Assembly: GCA_963668645.2 (NCBI GenBank) | Contig: CAXXWC010000021.1 | Location: forward strand, 1,312,001 to 1,376,000 | Source: Desulfobacterales bacterium | Lineage (GTDB): Bacteria > Desulfobacterota > Desulfobacteria > Desulfobacterales > UBA2174 | Direction of reading: 5' to 3' | Length of the DNA: 64,000 bases | Shown: positions 13,001 through 25,000 of the stretch, in pieces | Position numbering within the stretch: the first letter of the stretch is position 1 | Layout of the letters: every line of letters starts with the position of its first letter | Translations under genes and position numbers: made by a program | Notes under the pieces: model-generated | What the model was told of the DNA's origin: nothing | Seen by the model: the letters and a program-made list of their open reading frames with translations, nothing else | The model's database searches: none

Positions 13001-16000
13001 GGAAGAGGTCGCAGTGTAGGAAGTGTCGCCGTTGACCAGTCCGGCCAGCGACGCCGCAATCTCCTCGATCGTCGGGTCTGCATCCAACACCGCTACGAAC
13101 GAGTTGCTGCCGAGGGTCAGCGTATAGGTGGCGGCCGCATCGACCGAAACTCCGCTGATATCCACTTTCCGCAGGTAGTTCGGGCTGTATGATCTAGAGT
13201 TGGTGACCGCCGCATCCTGCCGTGCAAAGACCTCGAGGCGCACCGCGGCCGTGGCCGCCAGGCCGCCGACGATCAGGTTGTAGTTGGTGCCGGAGCGCAC
13301 CGCGTAGGCATGCCCGTTGACGATCACGGTATAGATGTAGCCGGTCAGCAATGTATTGCCGAAGGTGATCGTGTCGATCTGTGGCTGAGTGACGCCTGCC
13401 GTCGGATCCGGATTATCGTAACCATCCTGGACGCCATCCACTTCCTCCGTCAGTATCTGGATGACTCCGGCGGTGAGGGTAAACGGCACATTGTCTACTT
13501 CAGCTTGCAGGTGCAACTTCGAAAAGGCTTCGACCACGGTGACGGTGATGTCCTGCCCGTTCTCGATCAGGTATTTCAACGCACCCAGCACCGAGGCCCA
13601 GGTGCCGGTCACTGCCGATCCGTTGACCGTATCCCCGATGCGCACCGCGTAAGCAGTGCCGTTCACCGTTACGGTGTAGGTGTAATCGTCTCGCAGCTCG
13701 CTGAGGAATACGACTTCGCTCTCCTGCTTGCGATCCTCCCCCGCCTCCTGATCGAGCACCGTCGTCGTCGTGGTAATCGCGCCACCGTCTGTCTGCAGGG
13801 TTTCGAGCGAGACCTGGGTCTCCAAACGTATCAACCCCGGGGTATCGCCGGATTCCGTATAGGTGGTGCGAATCTCCAGCCCTTTGTCAACACCGGCATC
13901 GGTCGCAGAACGAAGCACGACCGGATCGAAATCAATCGGGCCGCGCAAGGTGACCGTGTAGCCCCAGATGTCGGTATTGGTGTTGTTGTATTGATTTTCC
14001 AGAATCGGGTATCCGTCGGTATTCAGGACCAGTTTACCGTCCGCATCCCGCTGGGGTGTTTTCAGTTCCTCGGTCGAAATCGGCGAGTCGGTGATGACGC
14101 TGGCGTATTGTTTCTCTGCGCCAGCGGCTACTCCGGCTTCCGCGTAGCCTATGTAAAGTCTGCCCGAAGCGATCAGAACGACGTCGTTGCCCTCTTTGTC
14201 GACAATAGTACGGGCATCGAACACGGCCAGTTCCCGGCCGGTAGAGATTTCCAGCCGGCCGTCTTGAGCCCTGGCCGAAATCACCTGCAGATCATCGGCT
14301 TCATTGATAACGATGTTGCCGGTCACGGTGGAGGCCACCCGCAGTATATCGGCCAGGGTATTGGCCAAGACGCTTTGGGTGCTTTGAATGTTCAGCACGT
14401 GGGCGATAAAGACCGACGCTCCGTCCAAGGAGATGGAACTGGCCGAAACATCGAGGGTTTGCTGTGCCGACACGATGCCGCCGGTCAGGATCAGGGCGCC
14501 GTTGGCGACATCCAGTTCGATGTTTTCAGCCGGATTGAAGCCGACCAGCCCGCCGACGAATCCCTGGAAGGAGAGGTTGGACACCGGCGGATCGAGCGCC
14601 TCGGGATCAACCGGCCCCACTCTCAGGAAGATATCCTTATCGGCCCTGATATCCAGGCGTTCCACGGGCAGTTGGGTCAGATTGATATTGACAAAGCCCG
14701 AATCCCGGCTTTCTGTCTGAAGAATTCCGTCTTCGTTGGTATCCACCCACGAGACAACCGGAAGCTCGCCCCGGGCTTCGACAATCAAACGGCCGACGGT
14801 GGTGCTGCCGACCTTGGCTTGGATGGTACCGATCAGAAAAACGTCGCGCGCCGATCGCAGCTCGATGAGATCCTTGGCGCTGATCGTGCCGTTGATCGAC
14901 AGCAGTGCCCCACTGTCGATGATGATGGTGTCGGCGGACAGATCACCCGGCACCGTCCGGGTCGGTTCTGCCTCGGCTTCAATATCGAACGTGCCGGCGC
15001 CAGCGCTGATGGTAATCACTGTACCGGCGGCCGAAGCGCTGAAGGCGGTATCAGCGTCGATAAGAGCGGCCAGCTCAGCGGCAATGTCCGCCCTGTTATC
15101 ACCAGCAGCAGCAGTATAACTGAAATCCAAGGTACCGATGGTCAGCCTGTACTGCACTCCGACGACGACGGTCGCGTCAGTCAGGTCGATGGTCCGGTCA
15201 TAATTGGCATCGCCGACATCCTTGGTGTTGATAAGGACTGCGTCAAAGGCTTTCGCCCCGAACAGGAAGTAATCTCCGGCGCGGTATTCCATCAACTCCG
15301 TGGCCGTAAAGAAGCGATAGAGATCGACCACCCCACCGGCCACGAAGGCCACACCGCGGTCGTAATCCAAGGGCTCGTCGCTCGGATCCGGATTGTCCAG
15401 CTGGATATTGCCGTTCACGCTGGTCAAGCGGATGGTATTGGCCCGCAGCTCGGCGTGGATATCGGCACCCGTTTCACCGACCAGCAGGTTCCCCTCGGCC
15501 TGGATGGAGACAGTGCTGCCGGCAGCGCCTGGTGCCGCCTTGGCTGTGGTGGCTTCAATCACCAGCAGGCCCGCTGTGCGTTCGAAAGCACCGTCGCGGT
15601 CGCTGACCGTGATATCTCCAGCGGTGGTTGTGGCCGTCAGACGATTGACAGCCACTTGCAGGTCGAAGATGCCCAATCCGGCCGTCAGTTTCAGATGGTC
15701 GGCCACCATGTTGATGTTTTCGCTGCCCACGGTGCGCTGGATCAGGCCGCCGGCGGTCAGGTCGATCACACCGGCCGAGCTGACCTGGCCGAAGGCCGTG
15801 ATGTCGAGCGTGCCTGCGCCTTCGCCGATGGTAATCACATTGCCGTCGGCGCTGGCTGTGAAGGCCGTGTAGTTGTCTATTTTAACGGCCAATGCATTGG
15901 CGATGGCGGCCAGGTCGTCACCGGCGGCAGCGGTGTAACGGATCACATCAGGCCCGATGCTCAGCCTGTACTGGCCGCCAACCACCACCGCCACGCCCGT

Positions 16001-19000
16001 CAGATCGATGGTCCGGTCGTCGCCGGCATCACTGCCTTTGGCACTGATCTGGACATTTTCAGTGCCGTCAATCAGCACCAGGTAGACACCGGCCACCGCA
16101 CTGCCGGCGGTGATACTGCCGGCCGCCGTGACGACGATATCGTTGCCGGCCTTGTTCGAACCGATCCGCACGTCGACCAGGGTCACGTCTCCGGCGGCAT
16201 CGATGATCAAACTGCCGTCGGAAATGAAGCTCTCGTCCACGTGCAGGTTGCGGTCACCTTGGATGATCTCCACATCGCCCTGCTGCTGGATGTCGAGGAC
16301 CAGCCGGTTCACCTGGGTATGCAGCGCCAGACCGCCCACCGCTGAAATATTCAACTCGTCGGCCGTAATCAGCCAGTCGTCTTCGCTGACCAGGCCGCCT
16401 GCAAGCCGACTGATCCCGCCGTCCACGTTGAAAATCACATCGCCGCGGCCGCCGGTGGTCAACATGCCGGCCAGCAGTTCCACCGCTCCGTTGGTGCGCA
16501 GCACGTCGAGTTGGATGACGTTGCGCGAGCTTTCCCCCTTGGTTTCCAGTTCCCTCGCAATCAAGGATCCGATATTGGTTACCAGGATGCGGCCGTCAAA
16601 AGCCACCACCCTTTCCAGTTCAAGCTCGCCCTTGTTGTTGACGATGATGTTGCCGGCGCCGAGAGACTCCAGCTCCGTTGCCGCCATCCTGGTGTTGAGG
16701 GTGATGTCGCTGCCGGCCAGGGCGTCAATCCGATCGGTCACGATCACACCGTCTTCATGGAGAACCCGGCCGTCTTTGGCCAGGAAGCTGACGGAAACCT
16801 CCGCCTTCAGAGTGGCACGGGTGCCGGCCGTGATGGAGGCCAGGGTGATGCTGCCGCCATACTGGCCGGCGGTGAAACTGATGGTTCCGGTATCGCCGGT
16901 GACCAGCAGATCCAGATCCGCCGCCTCGTCGTTGCCCTCGGCGGTGACCAGGGTGGTGATTCCACCGAAGCTGCTCGTCCCCTGTCCGGAAGCGATCTCG
17001 ATGGATTGGACCGCTGTCCAGGCGCCGCCGATACGGGCGTTTCCTCCAGCAGACAGCGTAATCGTCTCGGTAACGATCTCATCGTCCTGCTCCTCGGAGG
17101 CGCCCGAGCCGATATTGCCGTTGACGATGGCCACCGCGCCCGCATCGAAGCTGATGTTGGTGCCGGTGATCTCGGCGGCATCAATGATCTGGATATTGCT
17201 GCCGGCATTCAGGCTCAAGTCGCCGCCGGCAGCCAGCAGTGACATCAGGGATTTTTCAACGTTGTCCTCGGTATAGGTTATCGCGCGGACCTGCAATCCG
17301 GCTCCGGTGAAGATGGACAGATTCCCCGATGCCTTGACAAGGCCGCTAAGAGAGGTGGCGCCGCCTGACTCGATGGTGATTTCGGTGGCAAAGAGTGATT
17401 CACCGCCGTAATCCGAACCGAGCAGCGGAATGACGCGTTCGCTCAACGCAGTGTGCTGCACATACTGGGTTTCGGTGACCGGCACCGTTTCCCAGACCGT
17501 CACATCCTCGAAGGTGATCACCATGACTTCGCGTTCGGAGGTTTCGTAGACCGGACGGAAATCGTAAATATCCTGGGCCTGGGTGGTCACTTCATAAGAA
17601 AGTTCGATGCGATCGTCGTAAATGTCGTGCCAGGTGGAGACCCAGTCGTAGGCGTAGTTGTAAAAGGTCTCGTTTTTGTATCCCCACACCTTGTAGCTTG
17701 AGATCGCATCTCCCCAGCCGCCTGAGTCGAATTTTCCGTACCATCTTGTACCCGCCACCCAACCGGCCGTCCAACCGCCGTAGTTGATATGCTCGTAGGC
17801 CTCGAGCTTGTAGGTATATCCCGTATAAATCCGAACGGCGGACCATGTGTCGTTTACCGACTTGCCGACCCAGCTATCGAATCCGGTCGCATGCGTTACG
17901 GTCCCCGAATAGTCGCTGTGCTGGTAAAAATTAACGCTGCCGTCGTCCGGGCCCCAGCCGACTCTGCGTGATCCGGCCGACCAACGGTCAAATTGGGTCA
18001 GCGATTGTGTGCCGGATACCAATTCGGCATAGAAGGTGTTGGGGATATACACATAACTCGAAGATCCTCTGCTCGAAGACCGAACGTTGCTGCTGACAGG
18101 ATCGGTCTTCTGAGTCATGGAATAGGCCCACTGCCATTCGGGATCATAGCGGATATCGAAGATGCTGCGCGAAGCCAGATCGTAGGTGCGATACCCGGAG
18201 CCTGAGTTGTAGCTGACCGACCAGCGGCCGTCGCTGTCATCATAATCATCGTAATTGACACCGTCGTTATAGTTCCAGACGGACTTGTCCTGGGTGTATT
18301 TCACATCGGCGTAATCCTGATAACGACCGACCCATTCGCCTCGCACGGCATCGGTCGGGGCGGAATCGATGGTATACCAGGCGCCGGTGTTCTCGCCGTC
18401 CATGGTCGAATCGTTATACAGGAATCGTGATTCTCCCTGGCTCACCACCCTCAGGATATCCTCCTGGGCGCCGCTGGGCATCAAAACGTACTTGTCGCGC
18501 CATCCGGCGACGTCTACGTGGAACACCAGTTCTTCGTTGCCGGCCCATTCCGGGGTAACCAGTTCGCGGGAGACTTGCCCGTTCAAGGTGCGCTCCAGCA
18601 CGACCTTGTTGTCCCCGGACTCAACAACGGCATTGTTTTCGTCCCGGATCGTGCCGCTGTATTTCATCTGGTACAACGGCATGTATCCGGTATAATTCAG
18701 AACCGCCTGGCGCTGGGCCGCGTTGAGCTGGGTGAAAGTCTTGTAGTTCGCATTTTTGTACTGCCCGAGGATGTAACTGTAATTGACAGCGGTTGCCGCC
18801 TGATCCGGGTTGCTTTCGGTGCCGGCATCGGCCCAGTTCACCAGGAAGTTGTGGTAGTCCACCCCTTCAATCAGGTATTCGCGGAATTTGGCACCGTCCG
18901 ACGCATTGGGGTTGTAATAGCCGATCTGTTCGAGAACCACATCGAAGCGGTAGTATTCTTCACCGACCTTGACCCGCTCGGTGCCGACCTGCTCGGTGAC

Positions 19001-22000
19001 CGTGGTGGTCACGTAACTGACTTGCGGCACCTTGATGGTACCCACGGCCACCTCCTGGTAGCCCACCACGACCTCGATTTCTTCTTCGATAGTCTCGATC
19101 ACCGGTACGATGACCTGGCGGTCGCCGGTTACATCGGCGTCGGCATCCAGCACCACGTCGCCGCCCGACTTGACCCGCAATTCGCCGTCGGCCATGACCA
19201 CACCCTGATTGACTACCCGGATCAGTCCAATACTGGCCAGATCGTCAACGGAGATTTCTCCCTCCAGCTCTGCGCGGCTCAGACTCAGATCGACACCGGC
19301 GTTGAGTTCCACATCGCCGGCTGACTGCACCAGCCCGGCCACCCTCAGTTCGCTGCCGGCGTTGACCAGAATGCGGCTGTCCGCCTGTTCGGTTTTCAGT
19401 ATCCCGTCCACCCAGATCACCGGGGACGCCAGGTGCACCAGGATATCGCCCTTGATAATAGCGTCCTCATCGGTGATTTCACCGCAGATATCCATCCGCT
19501 CCCAGGAACGCAGGAAGGCGCTCGAATTTGGCTCCAGGGCGAAAACATGGCTACCCAGGGTCATGGTGATGCTGCTGGCGATGACCGAGACATCGTCGCG
19601 GGCGTCGACCAGCCCGGTGATGGTCACCTCTCCGGCGCTCGACGCGATGTCGATGCTGCCAGTGTGGGCGACCTCGCTATTGTCCGTGTCGACCTGCCCC
19701 ACCACTCCGGCAATGAGGATGTCGCCGGTGCTGCGCAGGTACAAAAGCCCGCCCGGATCGGTATCGAGGGTGCCGCCATAGAGACGGTCCCCGTTACCGT
19801 CGAGGGTTACTTCGGTGACAATCAGGCTCGGGCCGCCCGAGTAGCTGCCGGCGACGACGCTCACACCGGCAGCGGCGCGCACCAAACCGTCGACAGTCAC
19901 GCGGGTGAGGGATTCGATTGCCGCTAAGGCGCCGGCGTCAACCCCGTTGACGATCCCATGAATGCTGATCTCGCCGTCGCTGCCGATCAGAATAACGCCG
20001 GGTTCGGCGGCCGCAAAGGCGCCATTACCCGTGGCGTCCACCCGCACCGCGCTGACCGGGCCGATCGTGACCCCGATGCCGGAGGTGTTCTGGCCGCTTC
20101 GCAGGCGCACCTCGCCGCTGCCTTGCAGCACGGCTCCGGCAGCCACCAGATTCAGCGACTCGTCCAGAGCCTGACCACCGATCTCGATCAAGCCGTCGGC
20201 CTGGAGGTCCAGATTCGCCCCGGTAGCGGTCCATTGAACATCTCCACTGTCCGCATCATAGCTGGCCCCGGCATGCAGCGTGCCGGCCAGCCGCAGATCT
20301 ACCGCCCGCAGCACGATACTGCTTCCGGCGCCGCTGGTGTAGACCAGTGCGTCGGCGCCGAGGCGGATGTTCCCATCGGCGGTCATCTTCACCAGACCGT
20401 CGGCCTGAAGCACCACGGGGCGCACCGACGCTTGGCCCGCCACCGGGTCGACCGTTCCGATAAGCAGATCCTGACCGGCTTCGATGACCAAGCCCTGTGA
20501 GGCACCGCTGATCTGAAGCCGGGTATTGAAGATTTCGAACTGTCCGCCGGCGCTCAGCAGCACCGATCCGGCGATTTCGTAGTTGCCGGAGAACATCAGG
20601 TCGCGTTCGGCGACGACCAACACCTCGTAGTCGAGCTGTGAGGCCGTCAGCCGGCCACTGATAATCCATCCGCGCAACACCACATCCTGACCGTAGAGGT
20701 TGACCTGCCCGGCGGTGTCGATCTTGGCCGAGCTGTCGATCAACAAGGTTCCCTGCTGGGATACGATTTCGACCAGGGTGATGCCCGGATTGCGCTGATC
20801 CTCGCGGTCGATGCCGATCTGGTTGTTGATAACGACATCGTTTTGTCCGCTGAGGATGATCCGGCCGCTGGTCCCTTCGGATATCATGCGACCGGTGCCG
20901 GCAGCGAGGATACTGACTTGTCCGGCAATAGTCTGCTCGCCGGCCAGAACGATGATGTCGCGATTGGCGATCAAATCCCCGCGCAGTTCCAAGGTGTCGC
21001 CGGTGATAATGATAATATCGGCGTTGTCGCCGCGGGCGATCAGGGTCCCTTCGAGGACCGCAATACCGGTCGGGGTCAACACGATGCTGCCGCTGCGGGT
21101 TTCGAACACGCCGCTGGCAGTGAGGTTCATGTTCGGGGTGCCGTCGGCCTTGAGCCCGCCGTAAAGGTTGATGGCATCGTAGCCCACCACCCATCCGGAA
21201 ATGGTCACGTCGCCATTGACCGCACCCTCTTTGCCGAAGTTGACCACCGATCCGGGCTCGCCGGCATAGATGGCGTAGGGACGGCTCGAAACCGCATCAC
21301 CCTCGTCCAACTGGCTGAAGCCGAGACGATCGGCCCCCACCGAGCCTGCCGCCAGCAGCTTTATCTCGTAGGCCCCGGTAAGCATCAGGCGACCATTGTT
21401 GAGCCGGATCTGAATTTCTTCCCCGGTCAGATGCTGGGTGGATCCCATCGCCGGGGTGCCGGTCGGAGATTCGACCACGCTGAATGCGGTGGCTTCGATG
21501 GCCGCCTGCAGGCTCTCCATCAGATCATCCAGGCCATTGTTGGCGGCGGTGGCAGTCCTGGCCAGCACCACATCTCCGCGCACCACGTGGGTGCCCAGAT
21601 CGATCTCGATGCGCAGGGTGATGTCGGCGCTCAGATCCCCGGCGGCGAACTCGGCGAAACCATCTGCCAGGAGCTGCTGTGTCCAGGCTGGCGCAAGAAC
21701 CGACAGGTTTCCGGAGGAACTCAGGTTGATGACACTGTCCTCAAGGCCGGTGCGCAGACTCACGGTGCCGCCGATCACAATACCCTGGTCGGCATAGGGC
21801 TGATTCTCGTCGAGGGAACCCTTGCCACCGCGCAGATCGATCAATGCGCCGGCATACAGCTCACGGCCCAGTCGGATCTGGCGCTCTGCCTGCACGATAA
21901 TTTCGGACGCGCCGCTGCCGTAGGCGATGGTGCTGCCGAGGTAATTGCCGCGGCTGTCGTAGTGGTCGACAATTTCGCCGCCGGCTACCAGGAGGCCGTA

Positions 22001-25000
22001 GATCTCGGCATCCTGGGCCGCCGTAATCACGATGCGGCTGTCGTCGCCACTGGTGGCCAAACGGGCGCCACCGGGCAGATTGATCCCGATCCCGTCACTG
22101 TTGGCCCCTCCGTTTAGTTCGATCTGCTGATTGGCCCGCAGGGTGCCGCCGATCTCCACCTCGCCGCCCGATTCGGTGGGCGCCATCCCGCCGATATAGA
22201 CCTGACCGAGGGCGTTGACCTCGATAATCCCCGGATCGGCGAGCCACTCGATGGTCTCGGACACCAAGTTCCCGTCCTCGAAAACCTGAATCACTTCACC
22301 GCCTGCGGTCAGCACGCCAATGATCTGGACGTTACCCACGGCGTCGATGAGGATGGTCCCCCCGCTGCCGTCCGAGGTGATCCCCGGCACGGTGATGCCG
22401 GCCGCGCTGGTCACGATCACCGCCAGCCCGTTGTCATCCGCCCCCGGCAGGCCCGTAGTCGCCAGAGTCACGGATTTGGCGGCCGCGATGGCCGTGTCGA
22501 GATAGATCTGTTGGCCGGCAACCACCTCGACGGTCGAGTCCCCGTCGCCGAAGAACTGCGGTCCCTGCTCGCCGATCAGGGCTCCGGCCACGAGGCGGCC
22601 GTTGAGCACGACATCCTGGCCACCGACGATACGGATCGCCGTGCCGCCGCGCAGGGTGTTAAGCGTGGAAGTCGCGTGCACGTAAACGGAGATGCCCTCG
22701 GCGTTGGCGCCCCCGTCGGGCGCGCTTTCAGGAGCGTATCCGTTGCTGTCCACCCCGCCGAGCAGGGTAATGTCGCCCGTGATGTTGGCGTTGCCTTCCC
22801 AGTAGATCCACCGGTCGGACTGGAGCCACAGATCGGCGTCTTCCCCGAGCAGATTGATGTTGCCTCGGATGATGATGTCATCGGCACCGCTGACTGTGAG
22901 CCCCAGGCCGTCCTGCAAAGTGGTCAGGGTGCCGGTGAGCAAAAAGCCGTAGCCGCGCTGGCCGAAAAGTTCCGGCAGGCTCTGGATCTGGATCTCGTCC
23001 ACCACACCGTCGTTTTCCTGATCCAGGGCATAGACGAGATAGGTGTTGATCCCGTCGGAAAGGAGCCAGCGGTTCTCCTCGCCACCGGCGCCGGGCGCAT
23101 CATTGGCATAGTCCACTCCGGCCACGAAGGTGGTGCGCAGGGCCCGTTCGGGGGCCAGATCCGCATTGTAGAAGACCGTGGTGCTGTACTGGTCGTAGCC
23201 GGTTTCCTCGAGCACGCGGAAGCGCTGCTCGGCCGTCAGTTCGTCAAAAGGCGTACCCCAATCCGGCTGGGCGACTTCCTGCCAATTGATGTCGCTGTTC
23301 AGATAGTCGCCGCCCTCGCCCTGTTCGAAAGTCAACCGCAGGCGATAGGCTTCGGTAGCGTCTGGGTTGTACCAGACCTGGCCGCTGAAAATCCGGTAGC
23401 CCAGATGATCGAGGACCCGCTCCTGCTGGGCCGGGGTCAGGTCCGCGAAAGCCGTGTCTTCGCCCGGATCGCCGGCATCGCCCCAGGAAATATCCAGATT
23501 GCTGTAATCGGCGTTCTCATCGTCGCCCTGGACGAAGCTGGTGCGCACCGGCATTTCGCCCTGGGTCGGATCCATGTTCGGGTTGTAGAAGACCGCGCCG
23601 GCATAAAGCACATAGCCGAGGCTCTCGGCCACCAGGATGCGCTGGGCCAGGGTGAGGTCCTCGAAGCTGGCATTCTCTTCCGGAGCCGGCACGCCGCCCC
23701 AGTCGATGAGCCGGTAGTCGACATCCGCCGCGCGCCCCTCGGAGAAGGTATCCGTGATCTGCTGGCCGGTCGGGGCATCGAGTTTGACGAAAGTCAGGCC
23801 CTCGTAGACTTCATAACCCAGGGCATGGGCCACCACACGCTGCTGGGCCGCCGTCAGGCCGTCGAATCCGGTGCCGGCCGCCGGGGTGCCTGCATCGCCC
23901 CAGTAGATGTCATCGTTGCTGTAGTCGGTGACAAGGCCCTCGGTAAAGGTCGTCACCATCTGTCTGCCCGGTAGGGCCGCGTAGTTGTAAAATTCCAGCG
24001 AGCCTTCAAGCGTGTAGCCGAGCTGCTGGGCCACCGTGAGCCGCTGCAGGGCAGTCAGGTCGCCAAAAGCCGCCTCTGCCGCCGGTGCACCGCATACCGA
24101 CCAATCGATCTCGGCATTGGTGTAGTCGATCCCCTCTTCAAAACTATCGGCAAGCCCCTCGCCTTCCTTGTAGAAGAGCAGGTCGACCTTGTAGCCCAGG
24201 TAGGCCGCCACCACCAGCTTCTGGGCCACGGTCAGATTCTCGAAGGCGGTTCCGGCCGCCGGAGCCGCCACGCCGCCCCAGGAAACCTGGGCATTGTCGT
24301 AGTCGGCAGACTCGCCTTGGATCAGCGTCGTCACCACCTGCTGGCCGGGTGCGGCATCCAGGTTGATCAGCACCGTGCCCTGATAGACGAGATAACCGAG
24401 GTGTGCCGCCACGGCCTGCTTCTGGGCCAGGGTCAATTCGCTGAAAGACGTTCCGGCCACCGGCGCGCCGGCGCTACCCCAGGTGACATCCTGGCTGAGG
24501 TAGAAAATGGATGAACCGACTTCCAACTCGGCAAGGAAGCGACGCTCGGCATCGGCCGCAGGGTTGTAAAAACCGCCGTCGGTGTAAACCGCAAACCCCA
24601 GAGATTCGGCGATCTGGGCCTTGGCCGCATCGGAGAGGGAAGCGAACGGGGTATAACTGCTCACGCCTGTCAGGCCGGCGTTGGCCCCATCGATATCCAG
24701 GCCTGCCGAAACGAGCAGATCCAGCAGGGCCTGGCTCACCTGCCCGGCGGCGATGGCTTCGTACAGATCCGAGGACCCGCTGACCAGGACGACACCCGGA
24801 ATCGTGTCAAAATACTCGGCGTAGTCGTCCACCGTCGTGCCGTAGTCGAGGGTCATGCCGCCGGCGGCGGTAACAGCACCGGAAAGACGCATCTCACCTT
24901 CGGTGGAAAGCACCAGGGTGGTGTTTTCGCCGGTCTGGACCGGTGTCGGGCTCGCGCCGGTGTATTCGAAGCGGGCCCCCACCGTCACCGAAGCTCCCGA

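Noticed and set aside
17427..19115. Inserted segments as inteins, introns or mobile elements
   Set aside because: No intein C/S...HN termini, endonuclease, transposase, terminal inverted repeats or target duplications were seen. The inserts read as in-frame extracellular domains.
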